From NCBI RefSeq assembly GCF_006345805.1, contig NC_043009.1, positions 4,464,001 through 4,528,000 of the forward strand: a stretch of 64,000 nt of DNA, in the 5' to 3' direction. The notes beneath the pieces were generated by a model. It was not told where the DNA came from. It ran no database searches and saw only the letters and a list, made by a program, of their open reading frames with translations. Source of the DNA: Octopus sinensis. Lineage: Eukaryota. A program made the translations under genes and the position numbers. Positions 13,548 through 27,183 of this stretch are shown here, in pieces; position 1 is the stretch's first letter; the number at the start of each line of letters is the position of its first letter.

Positions 13548-13711
13548 TATGTTGATGATATATTACTGTTACAGACGCCACAAATGATATTAATAATGAT
13601 AATAATAACCAGCACCAGAGTTTATATTATCATAACATAGTAATAACTGTGCCTACTTTGGAATACGAAGTAATTGTAACAAAGGTGACAGGTTTACTTT
13701 TGTTGATTTTC

Positions 13712-13780
13712 TCGACTAAAGGCGGTGTTCCAGCATGGCCGCAATCAAATGACTGAAACAAGAAAAAGAATAAAAGAATA
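13712..13780 (+). mobile_element. 3' tail fragment of SINE group C
   Basis: ctcgactaaaggcggtgttccagcatggccgcaatcaaatgactgaaacaag matches the reverse complement of 21222-21280. Confidence 0.8.
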
Positions 13781-14413
13781 TAAACATGTGTGTGTTTGTG
13801 CGTATATATGTGTGTGTGTTTGTGTACATGTGTGCACGTACACAATGCTACTTTCTTGAGTTTCCACCCGATCGGGACATTGCGGTATGCGGTATGTCCT
13901 TCATCAGGTGAAGTTCTCACTTCATATCTCAACAGAGATGAATTGAAAAGTGGGAGGAGAAACAGGTTAAAATGCGCATTAAGATCACCATGACTGCTTA
14001 AGATCTCTTGAAAGCGGTTCTTCAATATGACAATATTCTAATAACTGAAGCCCGTTTAATAATTAAATTAAAAGGAAAGTTGTAAGATTCATAGGGAATC
14101 ATGTGTGATGTTCAAGGATGGATAGGCAAATCACGCGCCTGGATTTCAGGGAAATACAATTTTTTTCGGTTCAGCTGCCAATGTTTTGTATAAGGACTTA
14201 AACATATAAAAAAAGCTAATATATTTTCCTCTGGAATATACAGACGTTTGATTACGTAAGAGTACATAGCCATCGTAAACCAGTGAATAAGGGTCGATAT
14301 GTTGGATCGAGAAGCTAGAAATCGTTTCGAAATTTTTCTTAAATTGCCCCTTTCATTCTTAAAGCAAAAAAAATAGGAAAAGAAAGACATTGGTTAGATT
14401 ATTTCCCTGATAT

Positions 14414-14705
14414 TGTGGGGGTGCAATGGCCCAGTGATTAGGGCAGCGGACTCGCGGTCGGAGGCTCGCGGTTTATTGTGTGTTTATTGAGCGAAAACAC
14501 CTGAAAGCCCCACGAAGCTCCGGCAGGGAGTGGTGGCAGCCCCTTTTGTACTCTTTCGCCACAACTTTCTCTCACTCTCTTTTCCTGTATGTTGAGTAAC
14601 GCAGCGATGGACTGGCGTCCCGTCCAGCTGGGGGGAGCACATACGCCACAGAAAACGGGAAACCGTGCCCATGAGCCTGGCTACGCTTGAAAAGGGCGAC
14701 TTTTA
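14414..14705 (+). mobile_element. SINE group D, tail type 2 (gcgatggactggcgtcccgtccag)
   Basis: Head and body as at 8171; 3' tail as in the 33208 element. Confidence 0.85.
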
Positions 14706-16324
14706 TCGTCTATAAAAGATGAGATAGTCGTCACGGGTTTGTACAAGCGAAGGTGAACAGGGCTTAACCAACAGTAAAGATCTCAGTAATATAAATAGAA
14801 ACATGAATGCCATCATCAGCGTGAACCATATCCTCCTCATCATCATCATACTCATCATCATCAACATCATATTGGTCGACATTATCATATTCAATGTGAG
14901 CCACGTTCACATTGTTGCTAGTTTTCACCTTATCATCTAAATGTCTCTTATTGATCTTCTCCGATAGATTACATTTTCATTGTTCTCTAATTCTTTTAAC
15001 TTTTCTCTACAACTATATATGTTTGCGAGTCACGTGGACTTTACACGCACAGGTACACACGCACGCACACACACATACACGCACATTTCTACTCAGTTGC
15101 ATACACTTATGAACCTTCATAAATAGGTTTCGTCGCTGTCTTCGAATTCGTTGCATAGTGCAGGTTGTTTAAAGCGTAACACAAAATATTTTCATTATGT
15201 TATCGATTTTGTTTATGTCTTCGATGTTGTTCCATAGTTTAGTTGAGCGCAACACACGAACGCATCTCGTGACAAACAAAATAATATATATATATATATA
15301 CACCTCATTTTTCTGTTATTTTTCCGATATGTTCCTCTCTGAAATTCATTTCTTTTAAATTATATTTCTATCCATGTCAGTTTGAATTCAATAATAAGAC
15401 ATCCCAAATGGAACCCACCTCACATTGTACAACCCTCCAACAACCGAAAATCTAAATAAACATTTTCCTTTCCTATACACTATCTACCTTCCTTTACTTT
15501 ATCTTACACACTTTCACAAAATTTCAACTTTAATTAATCTTCCGATGCTTACATCCTCCATCACTTACTTTCCCTCTTCCTCGACTTCATTTACTTCATA
15601 TTTCAAAAGTTTATGCGAGGACACATGCAGCGAATATAATTTACCAAAATATCTTTTTTTTTTTCCATTCATTTAATCATTTTCAAATCATTCCAAGTCT
15701 TTCAATTTTACGAATGACATCAAACATGATACTTGTTTTGATTTGATTCCGTTCGTAAAAGCGACGTCATTGACCTTGACATATAATTCTTCCATTCAAA
15801 GCCAATGTTATCACTAATATATTTATGTTATCTTCTTCTCTATCATAACACTTCAAATTAAGCTCTATTGAACTGGAATTTCAATGTATGTACCAAGCAA
15901 CTGCAAATGACAATAAACGAAATCTTTGTACGAAGATGTTATAACCAACAATCTGATATCGTCCTTATACTTAATTTTCTTTTACTGATCTTCTTTAACT
16001 ACTTTACTGGTTCCAGCTAGAGACGATATTAACTAGATTTTGAAATTGAATGACGGAACATAGAAATTGATACTGGCAAAATTGCATATTAACAGCTTAT
16101 CTATTTCTGTGTAATTTGTTTGGTAATAAAAAGTTCAGTTATATAGTCGTAGTGAGACTTCTCCCACTGCTTTAAAACATCTAAGACAATTTAAAAATCA
16201 GAATTTTCTCTTTGTGTGTATGTGTGTGTGTGTATGTGTGTGTATGTGTGCGTAGATATGCACACAAACGTGGGAGTTTCTCTCACACACAAAATTTTAA
16301 ATGTGTGTTTGTGTATATGATCGA

Positions 16325-16504
16325 ACGCTAACCACTAAACGTCTTTTTATTCTCTCTCCCTCTGTTTATTTTCTCGTGTTCTTTTCTGTTGAAGAGCGTA
16401 GGCTCGAATTGTAAAAGACTTTCTCACATTCCCGAGCGTAAAACTTATACACCTGTTTATTGTTTATACACCTGTCTTCGTCTTTTGTGTTTCTGTAAAT
16501 TCCA

Positions 16505-16505
<1 letters not shown>
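16325..16505 (+). mobile_element. Repeat family E (subfamily 1) with a degenerate hammerhead-like motif; possible Penelope-like/retrozyme relic
   Basis: Homologous to 50490-50680 (gaagagcgtaggctcgaa..aaagactt..cccgagcgt..cacctgtctt). Confidence 0.7.
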
Positions 16506-16572
<67 letters not shown>

Positions 16573-17964
16573 TTATATACACACACTCATACATACTCAT
16601 ACAAAACATAAATATCTACATAAAAATATTCATAGATACACATATATACACACATACATAAGAATTTATGTTTACGTGCTTTTGTGAGTGTGTGGGTGTA
16701 TATGCACTATTAATGAATAACATTTTTTACCAATCTTCACGAAAGAATACCTAAAACTCTGTGTGTATGTGAGTTTACGTGTATATGTGTGTGTGTGTGT
16801 GTGTATGCTATACTGGCTATTTTTATATTTCTGAGCAACAGTTAAAATATATTCCTGCCGAGCCTGAGGTTGTTGAGCCTTGTCTTGGGGAAGTTAATTC
16901 TTAATTATATGGTCTGCTACTCACAACAAATCATTAGGCCTAAATAGCTGCGAGCGTGTAAGCATTTTCCCTCTATTTCCTCGCGTGTTACACAAGTCGA
17001 AATCTTTATGTAAACATGAACTGAAGTGAACGGGTACACATTTTTTTATACATAAACGCTTCACTGCATTCATTTATTCTCTTTGTTATAGTGTTGCATG
17101 TATGCACAAAACCATTCATTGTATGCACACACGATGCATCAGCCTGTGTAAAGATCAATAATTGGTACTTAACTATATTCATGTGTTGTCTCTAGGCTGA
17201 AAACTATGATGCATGTGAATACACGTGTTGTTGATTTCAATGCTGGGATCAGGATGGTTTTGTGTTCGATATTGATTCAGTTATTGTACGTTTTGTTTTT
17301 TAAACTATAATAGATTTGTATGAGTCACACTTCATTATTTCTAGATATTGTAGAGCATTTGCGTTGACGCAATCGGTAGAGAGATAAATTTCAATGCTTT
17401 ACCCTATACAAAATTCTGCGCATCGCTGTTTGTTCACTTATATGAATTCATATTCTGCCAGTTCCGATTGTAAATTTCATTCCTCCGAAGTCAGTAAAAC
17501 CTGAACCACCTTTATCGTGTTGAGTTTAGTCCAATAATTCTGTTAAAATAGTATTCGAATTGCACGTTACTTTAAAGTCGGAATTACCAAATTCTTATCT
17601 CATACATTTCTAAAAGTGTTGATTATATGAATATTATTAACAGAACATGAATATGCGAATATCTCATAATCATTCCGCCTCTAAGTAATATATCGTAATT
17701 CGCAATAAAATTATCTGCAAACGACTTCATAAACCCACGTGCACATGCATGCATACTTATACACATGCATATATATGTGTGTTTGTGTACATGTATGTAG
17801 ATATATACATACACATATATAATATATGCATACATATCCACAGCCATATATGTATGCATATATATGTATATATATATATACATACACACATACATACAAC
17901 ATGCGTATATTATACGCATTTCTATGTATATATGTATATCTATCTAAATATGATATATATATAT

Positions 17965-18022
<58 letters not shown>

Positions 18023-18075
18023 GAGAGAAGAGAGAGAGAGCGCGATAGCTAGAGAGCTAGATAGATTGCTAGATC

Positions 18076-18230
18076 GGAGACCCCCTTCGGTCACGAATGA
18101 CCATGGGATTGCACCTAGAGAGTTACCCTCCGAGGCACAAGTCCGGGCAAGGTTGTTTATGGAAGACCAGTAGTCACCCATACATACCAGCCTTCCCTTT
18201 CCACGCCACCGATGTAATCCAAGGGAAAAG
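18076..18230 (-). mobile_element. SINE group A, 3' fragment
   Basis: Matches the tail of 9235 (gaatgaccatgggattgcac..gttaccctccgag). Confidence 0.9.
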
Positions 18231-18883
18231 TTTTTTTTTCTTATCGACCTTGGCAGGATAAAAGCCGAAGCTGACGACCGTGGCAAGATTTGAACTCACT
18301 TCGAAAAGATCCAGAATATTGAAAGCATTTATTGATTTCCTTTTTCAATGATATATTTACTAAACTTCGTTTAAGGTGTTCTTTGTTACTATCCACAACT
18401 GAGTTACTATTTGCTGACTCAATTAGCCAAATACTACTCAAATAACGGCGGTCTTCTGTTTTCAGAAACTTAACGACAAAAATGAAGGGCGCATCCGGTT
18501 AGATAGTTTTGGGTATTAAAATATATGCGAGTTGTCCGTGGATGAAATATCTACGATTGTAAATTTGATTTAGGGCTAATCAACAACTACGTCAACATCA
18601 ACAAGAATGTTACTAAAAATAGCAACATAGCAGCCAGCCACTCGTTGCTCGGTCATTGAATTAAGTGGCCCTATGGTCATCTCATTCAGTGACTGTAATG
18701 CAAAGGCTGGGATAGTCACAGCTTTCGCGCCTTTGATCGTATGTCTAATCAATAAGCCCTGATTTAGGACTTAACAACAACGACGCACTCGGCGGTGGCG
18801 GCAGTGGCGAAAACAATAACAAATGTGACTCACTATTCCAGTTGAAGACACTTTACCTCTACCTCCCTATCACACAGCAGCGA

Positions 18884-18924
18884 ATAATAATAATGATGAT
18901 AATAATAATAATAATAACAACAAT

Positions 18925-18959
<35 letters not shown>

Positions 18960-19144
18960 TAATAATAATAATAATAATAATAATAATATAATAATAATAT
19001 AATAATGATAATAATAATAATAATAATAACAACAATATTAATAATAATAATAATAATAACAACAATATTAATAATAATAATAATAATAACAACAATATTA
19101 ATAATAATAATAATAATAATATTAATATTAAAAATAATATTAAT

Positions 19145-19185
<41 letters not shown>

Positions 19186-19260
19186 TAATAATAATAATAT
19201 TAATAATGATAATGATAATAATAATAATAATATAATAACAACAATATTAATAATAATACA

Positions 19261-19294
<34 letters not shown>

Positions 19295-19322
19295 CATATA
19301 TACATGCATACATACATACATA
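18884..19322. repeat. (AAT)n field with a 30-bp higher-order unit, followed by (TACA)n
   Basis: ataataataataataataacaacaatatta repeated three times at 19011-19100. Confidence 0.95.
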
Positions 19323-19769
19323 CTTGCATGCATCTGTGTTACATACGCTACATACATCAACCTCAACCAAAGTACTTTTAATAAGTTTTTTTTTTTCGCG
19401 TTTGCTTCAAATATTTCCCAAGAGTATTAAAGCGAGATGTACTGATTCGCTCTACATTTATACACAAAGGAAGGAAGCTATTTTGTTTTCTTTTTTCCTC
19501 CTCCTGTTTTTGTTTGTTTGTATTTTTTAAAAATTTGCTTATTGTAGTTGGTAATGTCTTTCAGTGGATTCATGCATTCAATAACTTTGTCATACATCTA
19601 GTAGCTTACTAACAAAAACTTGTAATCTATTGTAAAACCTGAGCACCGATTTCAAACCTTATCGAGGTCAAATTTGAAACCTTTTAACGTAGTCGATACC
19701 TGCCAATTAACATAAGTATTTTCTTTCTTTTGTTTGTTTCTTTCTTCCTTTCTTTCTTTCTTTCTTTTT

Positions 19770-20196
19770 TTTATTTATTTATTTATTTATTGCCCACAAG
19801 GGGCTAAACTTAGAGGGGACAAAAATGGAAAGACAAAGGGATTAAGTCGATTACATTGACCCCAGTGCGTAACTGGTACTTATTTAATCGACCCCGACAG
19901 GATGAAAGGCAAAGTCAACCTCGGCGGAATTTGAACTGAGAACGTAACGGCAGACGAAATACCTATTTCTCTACTGCCCACATGGGGCTAAACACAGAGA
20001 GGAAAAACAAGGACAGACAAACGGATTAAGTTGATTATATCGACCCCAATGCGTAACTGGTACTTATTTAATCGACCCCGAAATGATAAAAGGCAAAGTC
20101 GACCTCGGCGGAATTTGAACTCAGAACGTAATGGTAGACAAAATACGGCTACACATTTCGCCCAACGTGCTAACGTTTCTGCCAGTTCGCCGCCTT
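19770..20196 (-). mobile_element. SINE group B dimer (full copy plus 5'-truncated copy) with (ATTT)n tail
   Basis: Two bodies in tandem; candidate 14-bp TSD ctttctttcttttt at 19756-19769 and 20197-20210. Confidence 0.9.
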
Positions 20197-21151
20197 CTTT
20201 CTTTCTTTTTGCTTCTATGGGTTTCCCCATCCCGCCTTCTCAAAGATGGCCGTAACCGGAAAATATATAGTCTTCGAAAAGCGCATATCAAAACCCGTGA
20301 TGTCTCCTCAAAATTTTATACCACTATCATAGTACTCGTCAAAGAAATCACGAAGGCGCTGCGGAAATGTCCTTCTTGAACCACATGGTGTAAGAACGGA
20401 GGGAAAGAAAACTTAACCTACAATCATCCCTAAAACCACCAAAAATGCAGTGCTCCAGCATGGCCTTAATAACGACTCTTAAAACAGAACAACTAAACAG
20501 CTCACCTATCTGTTATTAAGGTAGACACACAACGCAACATCTTTGCTTGATAATCTTAACAGTTTTTCATAATCAACATTTTTTGCTTCTTTAATCTCTC
20601 TTATCTAAAACACCATTTCTTTCCTCTTTTTTTACAGAACACGTAATTGTTATCAGTGTATCGTATTTACCAACCGGACCAGTAATCTTATTGAGTACAA
20701 AAGTGGTAGTGTTACGCTATTTTTCTTCAGATTACTTCAGTGTCATTCTTGTGTGTTCATATCAAATCTTATATTCTATCAATGATTTATTCTTCCTCTT
20801 TTTGCTTTCCTTATATGCCCCTTTTTTTTCCTCCTTCCTTAACACACATATCTATAAATGTGACATTTTTTTTTTCAGTACTACTAATTTTCCTTTGAGA
20901 CAAGTAACGGACACTCGGTGTTTCTCACTAATACTTATAACTGTGTGAATGCGTCTGTGACCATATATATGTATAACTACTGATGCCTACTCACACATAT
21001 ATTATACACATAAATACATACTATGTTTGTATGTATATATAAAGTGCTTGATGTTTACTCCGTACATCGTGTGGAAGTGTCAGTGCATATATTGAACGAC
21101 TGACACACAGACTCGCACACATTCATACACATGCAAAACCGATTGTATATG

Positions 21152-21221
<70 letters not shown>

Positions 21222-21223
<2 letters not shown>

Positions 21224-21615
21224 TTTTACTTGTTTCAGTCATTTGACTGCGGCAATGCTGGAGCACCGCCTTTAGTATAGCAAATCGACCCCCAGGACTT
21301 ATTGTTTGTAAGCCTACTACTTATTCTATAGGTCTCTTTTGCCGAATCGCTAAGTTACGGTGGCGCAAACACACCAGCATCAGTTGTCAAGTGATGTTGG
21401 GGGGGACAAACACAGACACACAAACATATATAGACATATATATACATATATACGACAGGCTTCTTTCAGTTCCCGTCTACCAAATCCATTCGCAAGGTTT
21501 TGGTCGGCTCGAGACTATAGTAGAGGACACTTGACCAAGGTGCCACGCACTGGGACTGAACCCGGAAGCATGTGATTGGTAAGCAACCTACTTACCACAC
21601 AGGCACTCCTGCGCC
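21222..21615 (-). mobile_element. SINE group C, full-length composite (tRNA head, CORE-like start, internal CA/TA tract, 3' module)
   Basis: Minus strand: ggcgcaggagtgcctgtgtggtaagtagg..ccgggttcagtccc..ggcaccttggtcaagtg; flanked by (TA)n. Confidence 0.9.
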
Positions 21616-22349
21616 TATATATATATTGCAGTAACGTATATTAACGCATGTATCAAATATTATACATACATACAGGGATACGTTCATACATGGACACCAT
21701 ACTCAGTTTACTTGCTTTCGTGTTATAATATCAGAGTTTAGTAAGTGTTTCGGCCGAAGATACCTCAGAACTTGGTGATGGAAGATATAAACACTATACA
21801 AGAAAAGGAAACATCATTGTACACTATCAACTATACGGAGTGTATGTGTGACTGTATATAGTACTGATACATATACATATTTACATACTTATATATAGAT
21901 GGACGGATGGGCGAATAGGTAACAGCTAGATTTCCTTTCAAACATGTTATATATTGAAGTTGTTAAATGTTAAGCAAACTTATGTCAGACGATGACGATT
22001 TTATCAGCTCTGTAATCATTGCAATGATCTCTCGCTGCCTGTAGCATAACGTGCCTTTATCATCATTTCTTTCACGAAATGGTTTCGAGATTTTCTTGTG
22101 AAGTAAACAGAGACAAAGTTATTGTACCAAGCTAAAGAACAAAAAAAAAAAAAAAAATCATAGCCGATCTTCTAATCGAATCAAGAAGAGTGATTTCGTA
22201 TTCTGACCGCGGTTACGAACATTAATACGAATATTTTGATAATGAGAATTTGTAATCTGGTTAATTACGTAGGAACATGGTCTGGTTTTCTTGTGTATAA
22301 GTTTCATTAGATTATTTTTTCAAGACCAGGATATATAATATATATATAT

Positions 22350-22382
<33 letters not shown>

Positions 22383-22383
22383 G

Positions 22384-22419
<36 letters not shown>

Positions 22420-23239
22420 TGAGGGAATATTATTCCAAACTTACAAGGAAAAATTCAATTTAGAAATACTAAACTAAATTTCATAAAGTATAATATATAT
22501 AAATTCGAAAAAATATATATGTAATTTTCTAGATGGTATAATTTAATTTTTCATTATAGAATTGATAAAAGGTGATTTTTTTTTTCAAATTTATATATAT
22601 ATAACTGTTCATGAATCGCACTAAACATCTGTGAGTTGGTTGACAATTGTATTGTGTACAATTTGTCTCGCCTCAACTCGATTTGACCAAATATCAAATA
22701 TGAACATAGCAGATCCCATATCTGAAATATAATATAAGCTAAATTTCTTCAGCTCCCATTCGTAGAGTACAGAAAGATCTGAGTCACTGACCGCCGCCGA
22801 AGCTGCGGTCTTATATCAATTATCTATTCATTTATATTCATTCATATTGTAGAAAGTAATATCACCACAATGATGGGCATCAATTATACATACATAATAC
22901 ATACATACATACATACATACATACATACATGCAAGCACACACGTACACGCACATATATAAACACATTCACGCGTATGTACACATCTTTATACACATCTTT
23001 ATACACATGTAATGTATGGAATGTTCTTAACACATGATGCCATACAACACATTCTTTTCATAACATGCTAAATATTCATATCCATAGTTATTCTCCATAA
23101 AACAAAACGACACATTATGTACCGCTTCCTTCGAAATTACTTTAGACCTTAATTTTCTTTTACATTGTTTCTTTTCTTTTCTTTTCTCTTCATTGGTATT
23201 AATCTATTTTCTGGGATGCTATCATAAATCACTCAGCAC

Positions 23240-23278
<39 letters not shown>

Positions 23279-23294
23279 CTTTTACTCATTTGCC

Positions 23295-23728
23295 CTTTTA
23301 CTTCTTTCAGCCACTTGACTGTGGCCATGCTGGAGCACCGCCATTTAGTTGAGCAAATCGACCCCAGGACTTATTGTTTGTAAGCCTAGTACTTACTCTA
23401 TCGGTCTCTTTTGCCGAACCGCTAAGTTACGGGGACGTAAATACACCAGCATCGGTTGTCAAGCGATGTTGGGGGGGGGGGGCATAGATACACAAACATA
23501 TACACACACACACACACTCACACACATATATATATATATACATATATACGACGGGCTTCTTTCAGTTTCCGTCTACTAAATCCACTCACAAGGCTTTGGT
23601 CGGCCCGAGGCTATAGTAGAAGACACTTGCCCAAGGTGCCACGCAGTGGGACTGAATCTGGAACCATGTGCTCGACTAAGTGCAGTGCTCCAGCATGGCC
23701 ACCGTCAAATGGCTGAAACAACTAAAAG
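23295..23728 (-). mobile_element. SINE group C with truncated head, capped by an inverted copy of its own 3' end
   Basis: Colinear with 21222 up to ggaaccatgtg (23670); 23670-23728 is the reverse complement of 23295-23354. Confidence 0.9.
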
Positions 23729-23962
23729 AGAGAGAAAAAAGAGAGTCACTAATGCCCATACATTCAATAAAACTTAAAAGAGAAAGTTATACTGTTTTGG
23801 GCGGACGTCAAAAGAAAAGGTCGATGACATTTTACCATCTACGCATTAAAATCACTAATATACTCTAATGAACACAGAATTACTAAAAAATTATATAAAA
23901 CACGTATAAGAAAACACGAGAAAAATTCCGGACAACTTACCCGTACATGGGTGGAAACTCAC

Positions 23963-24020
23963 CTGTTCAGTTGAACACAGTAATCACGGATTGAGCAATG
24001 AAGTCCTACGTACACTGTAT
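23963..24020 (-). other. Candidate coding exon (58 nt, phase 1 to 2)
   Basis: Acceptor ccacctgcttcag; consensus donor CAG|gtgagt; single open frame (D)TVYVGLHCSIRDYCVQLN. No recognised homologue. Confidence 0.25.
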
Positions 24021-24136
24021 CTGAAGCAGGTGGATAATCATACTTAGAATCGCTTCGTTTACAGGGTTATGTGTTAAGGATTATCCCGGGACTAATCAAT
24101 GAGAACAGCAAGAAATTTAACGATAGAGAACAAGTG

Positions 24137-24555
24137 ATACCAAATTAGGTTCCCACAATTTTGAAGAGACAGTAACGATCACAGTACTTGAATGACACCA
24201 AAAAAATAAAAGGCAAAGTTGTCCTCGCCGGCATTTGAACACAGAACCTTAAAAGACAGAACAGTTACCGCAATACATTTGCTCAGATATTCTTACGATT
24301 TTGCCACTGATTCGAACTTCCGGTAGGGAATAATGTATTCTGACATAAGCACAAATGCGTCTATTTATGCAGAAAGTGTTAATGGATTAAAGCATCAGAG
24401 ACGTAGGAGTCCATTAAGGCTTATCTATTCTCCACCTAGGAAGGATGAAAAGCTTAATCAACTTAGGTAAAAACTGAACCTAGAACGTAAATGTGTGTAA
24501 ACAAATATATAATGGGTTTCACCATTATAAACTCTACTAATCTGTCATCCACCAT
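24137..24555 (-). mobile_element. Two old, decayed SINE group B copies
   Basis: aaaggcaaagttgtcctcgccggcatttgaac (about 24210-24240) and ggatgaaaagcttaatcaacttagg..ctgaacc (about 24442-24480). Confidence 0.6.
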
Positions 24556-24678
24556 ATTATATTAAGCAATGAATGTAAAACTGTTATTGCAATTAATGCT
24601 AATAGTTCTATTATTATCATTATATAAACAAAACTTAAACTCAGTATTTAATTTTCCATGTTGTGTAAGCATCGGTAT

Positions 24679-24720
<42 letters not shown>

Positions 24721-25378
24721 TGAGCTGAAGAATCCCATAAAATATTGTGCTTTATTAATACCAGCTGTCTGTTGAGTTTGCCAGTAGTTCTAATATCAAA
24801 CGGGCAATGGAGCTACCTCACGAATAACAAACATACAAAGTAAAAAATATATATTCTCCCGCGTATGTATGCATAACTTTTTTAACCTCACAATTTTGCC
24901 GAAATATAAACTTCTCAGAGTAACAACAGTTTTATATATAAATATACATACATATATATATATGACTACATGCACACATCTGTGTATACCCACACACGTG
25001 AAGTAGTGATATCTGTGTATGATGCATATAAAATATTAAATAAATAAACGTTAAGATGTCAGCTTTGAGATGAATAATGAGTTTTCCTGATACACCACCC
25101 AGCCATCTTACAACGATGGAAGAATATTTCAACTGTCATGTTTTTTCGAGATTTTTTTTTAGTTGACGACATAAACATTCTTTGTTATTTTACTGAATAA
25201 CGTTGAATAGGAGAAATTATGTATGTTATTTATCATATCATGGCACAACACACACAGAAATCCGTACATACATACATATATATATATATAATATAGTGCG
25301 TTTTTCTGTGTGTTTCTATCTCCATCTATCTCTCCCTCTCTTTCTCTGTATATACATATATACATACATATATATATA

Positions 25379-25418
<40 letters not shown>

Positions 25419-25982
25419 TATATATATATAATATATAAGATAGATAGATAGATAGATAGGAGCATATTATTCGCTGGGTTGACTTATAAGCACACGGCAC
25501 ACTGTTTCCTCAGCTATAACGATCCAAACAGTTGCCTGACACTCAATATTATTGACCCCTTGAAAGTCGAAAGACAAGTTAATATCGGCGCGACTTGACC
25601 CCATAACTGCAGGCATACTAACTAACTACCTCATGTGATTTCATTCGATGCCCATACAATCCTACCAATCCAGTGTCTTCGTTCAATTATAATATTCCAT
25701 TTCAATTTACCATTTCAAAATGTTAATTTAATGCCATTCTCTGATTGCCTGGTTCCAAAGAGAGATAGAGTTCTACTGTTATTTGAATTTAATGGAAAAC
25801 ATATTCCTGCATTATAGTATTAAATAACCTTTGCAATGCACTCTACATTGTGCATTCTCAGCAAATTCCTCACATCCGGTTTGATTATAATGCAGCGATA
25901 TTTTGCGCAATTACTTGGTGTTTTGTTGTTAGTGTTTCCGTTCGTCCTATTGTTCTGATTGTTGTTGTTTTATCGTTATGTT

Positions 25983-26300
25983 AGGCGCGTGGCTTAGTGG
26001 TTAGGGCATTCGGCTCACGATCTTAAGGTCGTGAGTTCGATTCCCGGTGATGCATTGTGTCCTTGAGAAAGACACTTTGTTTCACGTTGCTCCAGTCCAC
26101 TCAGCTGGCAAAAATGAGTTTTACCTGTATTTCAAAGGGTCGGCCTTGTCACACTCTGTGTCACGCTGAGTCTCCCTGAGAACTACGTTGGGGGTACACC
26201 TGTCTGTGGATTGCTCAGTCACTTGCACGTTAATTTCACGAGCAAGCTGTTCAGTTGATCGTATCAGCTGGGACCCTCGTCGTCGTAACCGACGGAGTGC
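25983..26300 (+). mobile_element. SINE group A variant (same head and CORE-like block, different 3' tail)
   Basis: ggcgcgtggcttagtggttagg..gagttcgattcccgg; tgctccagtccactcagctggcaaaaatgagt; tail matches the 43664 copy. Confidence 0.9.
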
Positions 26301-26543
26301 TCATTTTAGTACCTAACAGACGCAATGATTGAAGGCATTCTTGCCTCAAGACAATTTGTCCGTCTTCTAGGTTACTACTAAGAGGATCTCCCATCGGGTC
26401 GGCAAAATAGATTATCGTTCGCCGGAATTTAGTAACAACTACATGACCTTTTGAATATTAAAATTTCTGCTCGCACATATTAGAATTATATATTTATGTT
26501 AGAATACAGATGTTATATTGAGGTTACTATTTTGAAACTAGTT

Positions 26544-26763
26544 AAGGCAGGTGAGTTTGTACAATCGTTAGAGCGTCGGACCAAATGTCTTGGGTTAATT
26601 GTTCTGGTGATTTACGTTCATAATTTAATTCCCAACATGGTTATCTTGAATTATCATCACTTGTGAAAACCAAAGTCAAGCTCGGTGGAATTTGAACTCG
26701 GAAATTAGCAGCAGCCGAAATACCGATTAGCATTTCGCCCGGCGTGCTAACGATTCTGCCAGC
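26544..26763. mobile_element. Two SINE group B 5' halves in opposite orientation (+26544-26655, -26671-26763)
   Basis: aaggcaggtgagtttgtacaatcgttagagcgtcgg on +; catttcgcccggcgtgctaacgattctgccag (reverse-complemented head) on -. Confidence 0.7.
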
Positions 26764-26774
26764 ATCGATGCATC

Positions 26775-26810
<36 letters not shown>

Positions 26811-26904
26811 TAATATAATAATGACATATATACACACACACATATATATATATATATAATATATATATATATATATTCATATATATAGTATATATATATA
26901 TATT

Positions 26905-26936
<32 letters not shown>

Positions 26937-26974
26937 GATATATATATATTCATATATATATATAATATAAATAT

Positions 26975-27183
26975 AGAGAGTGGTCACTATATGGCTCACT
27001 CTAGCACCAGTTAATCCAAAAGGTTTCAACCACGAAAATACATGTTTCCCATGAAAGTCAGTACGATTGTTAGCTCACACGTGTGAGCTAACAATAGTAC
27101 TGACTTTCATGGGAAACATGTATTTTCGTGGTTGAAACCTTTTGGATAAGGTGCTAGAGTGAGCCATATAGTGACCACTCTCT
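26975..27183. repeat. Spacerless near-perfect palindrome (106/103-bp arms)
   Basis: Centre cacac|gtgtg at 27080/27081; one mismatch (27065/27096) and a 3-nt length difference near 27009-27014. Confidence 0.97.

Noticed and set aside
25983-26055. tRNA gene (also the heads at 8171, 10770, 21540, 33390, 35108, 42653)
   Set aside because: A/B boxes are present, but acceptor and anticodon stems are broken and each runs into a SINE body.
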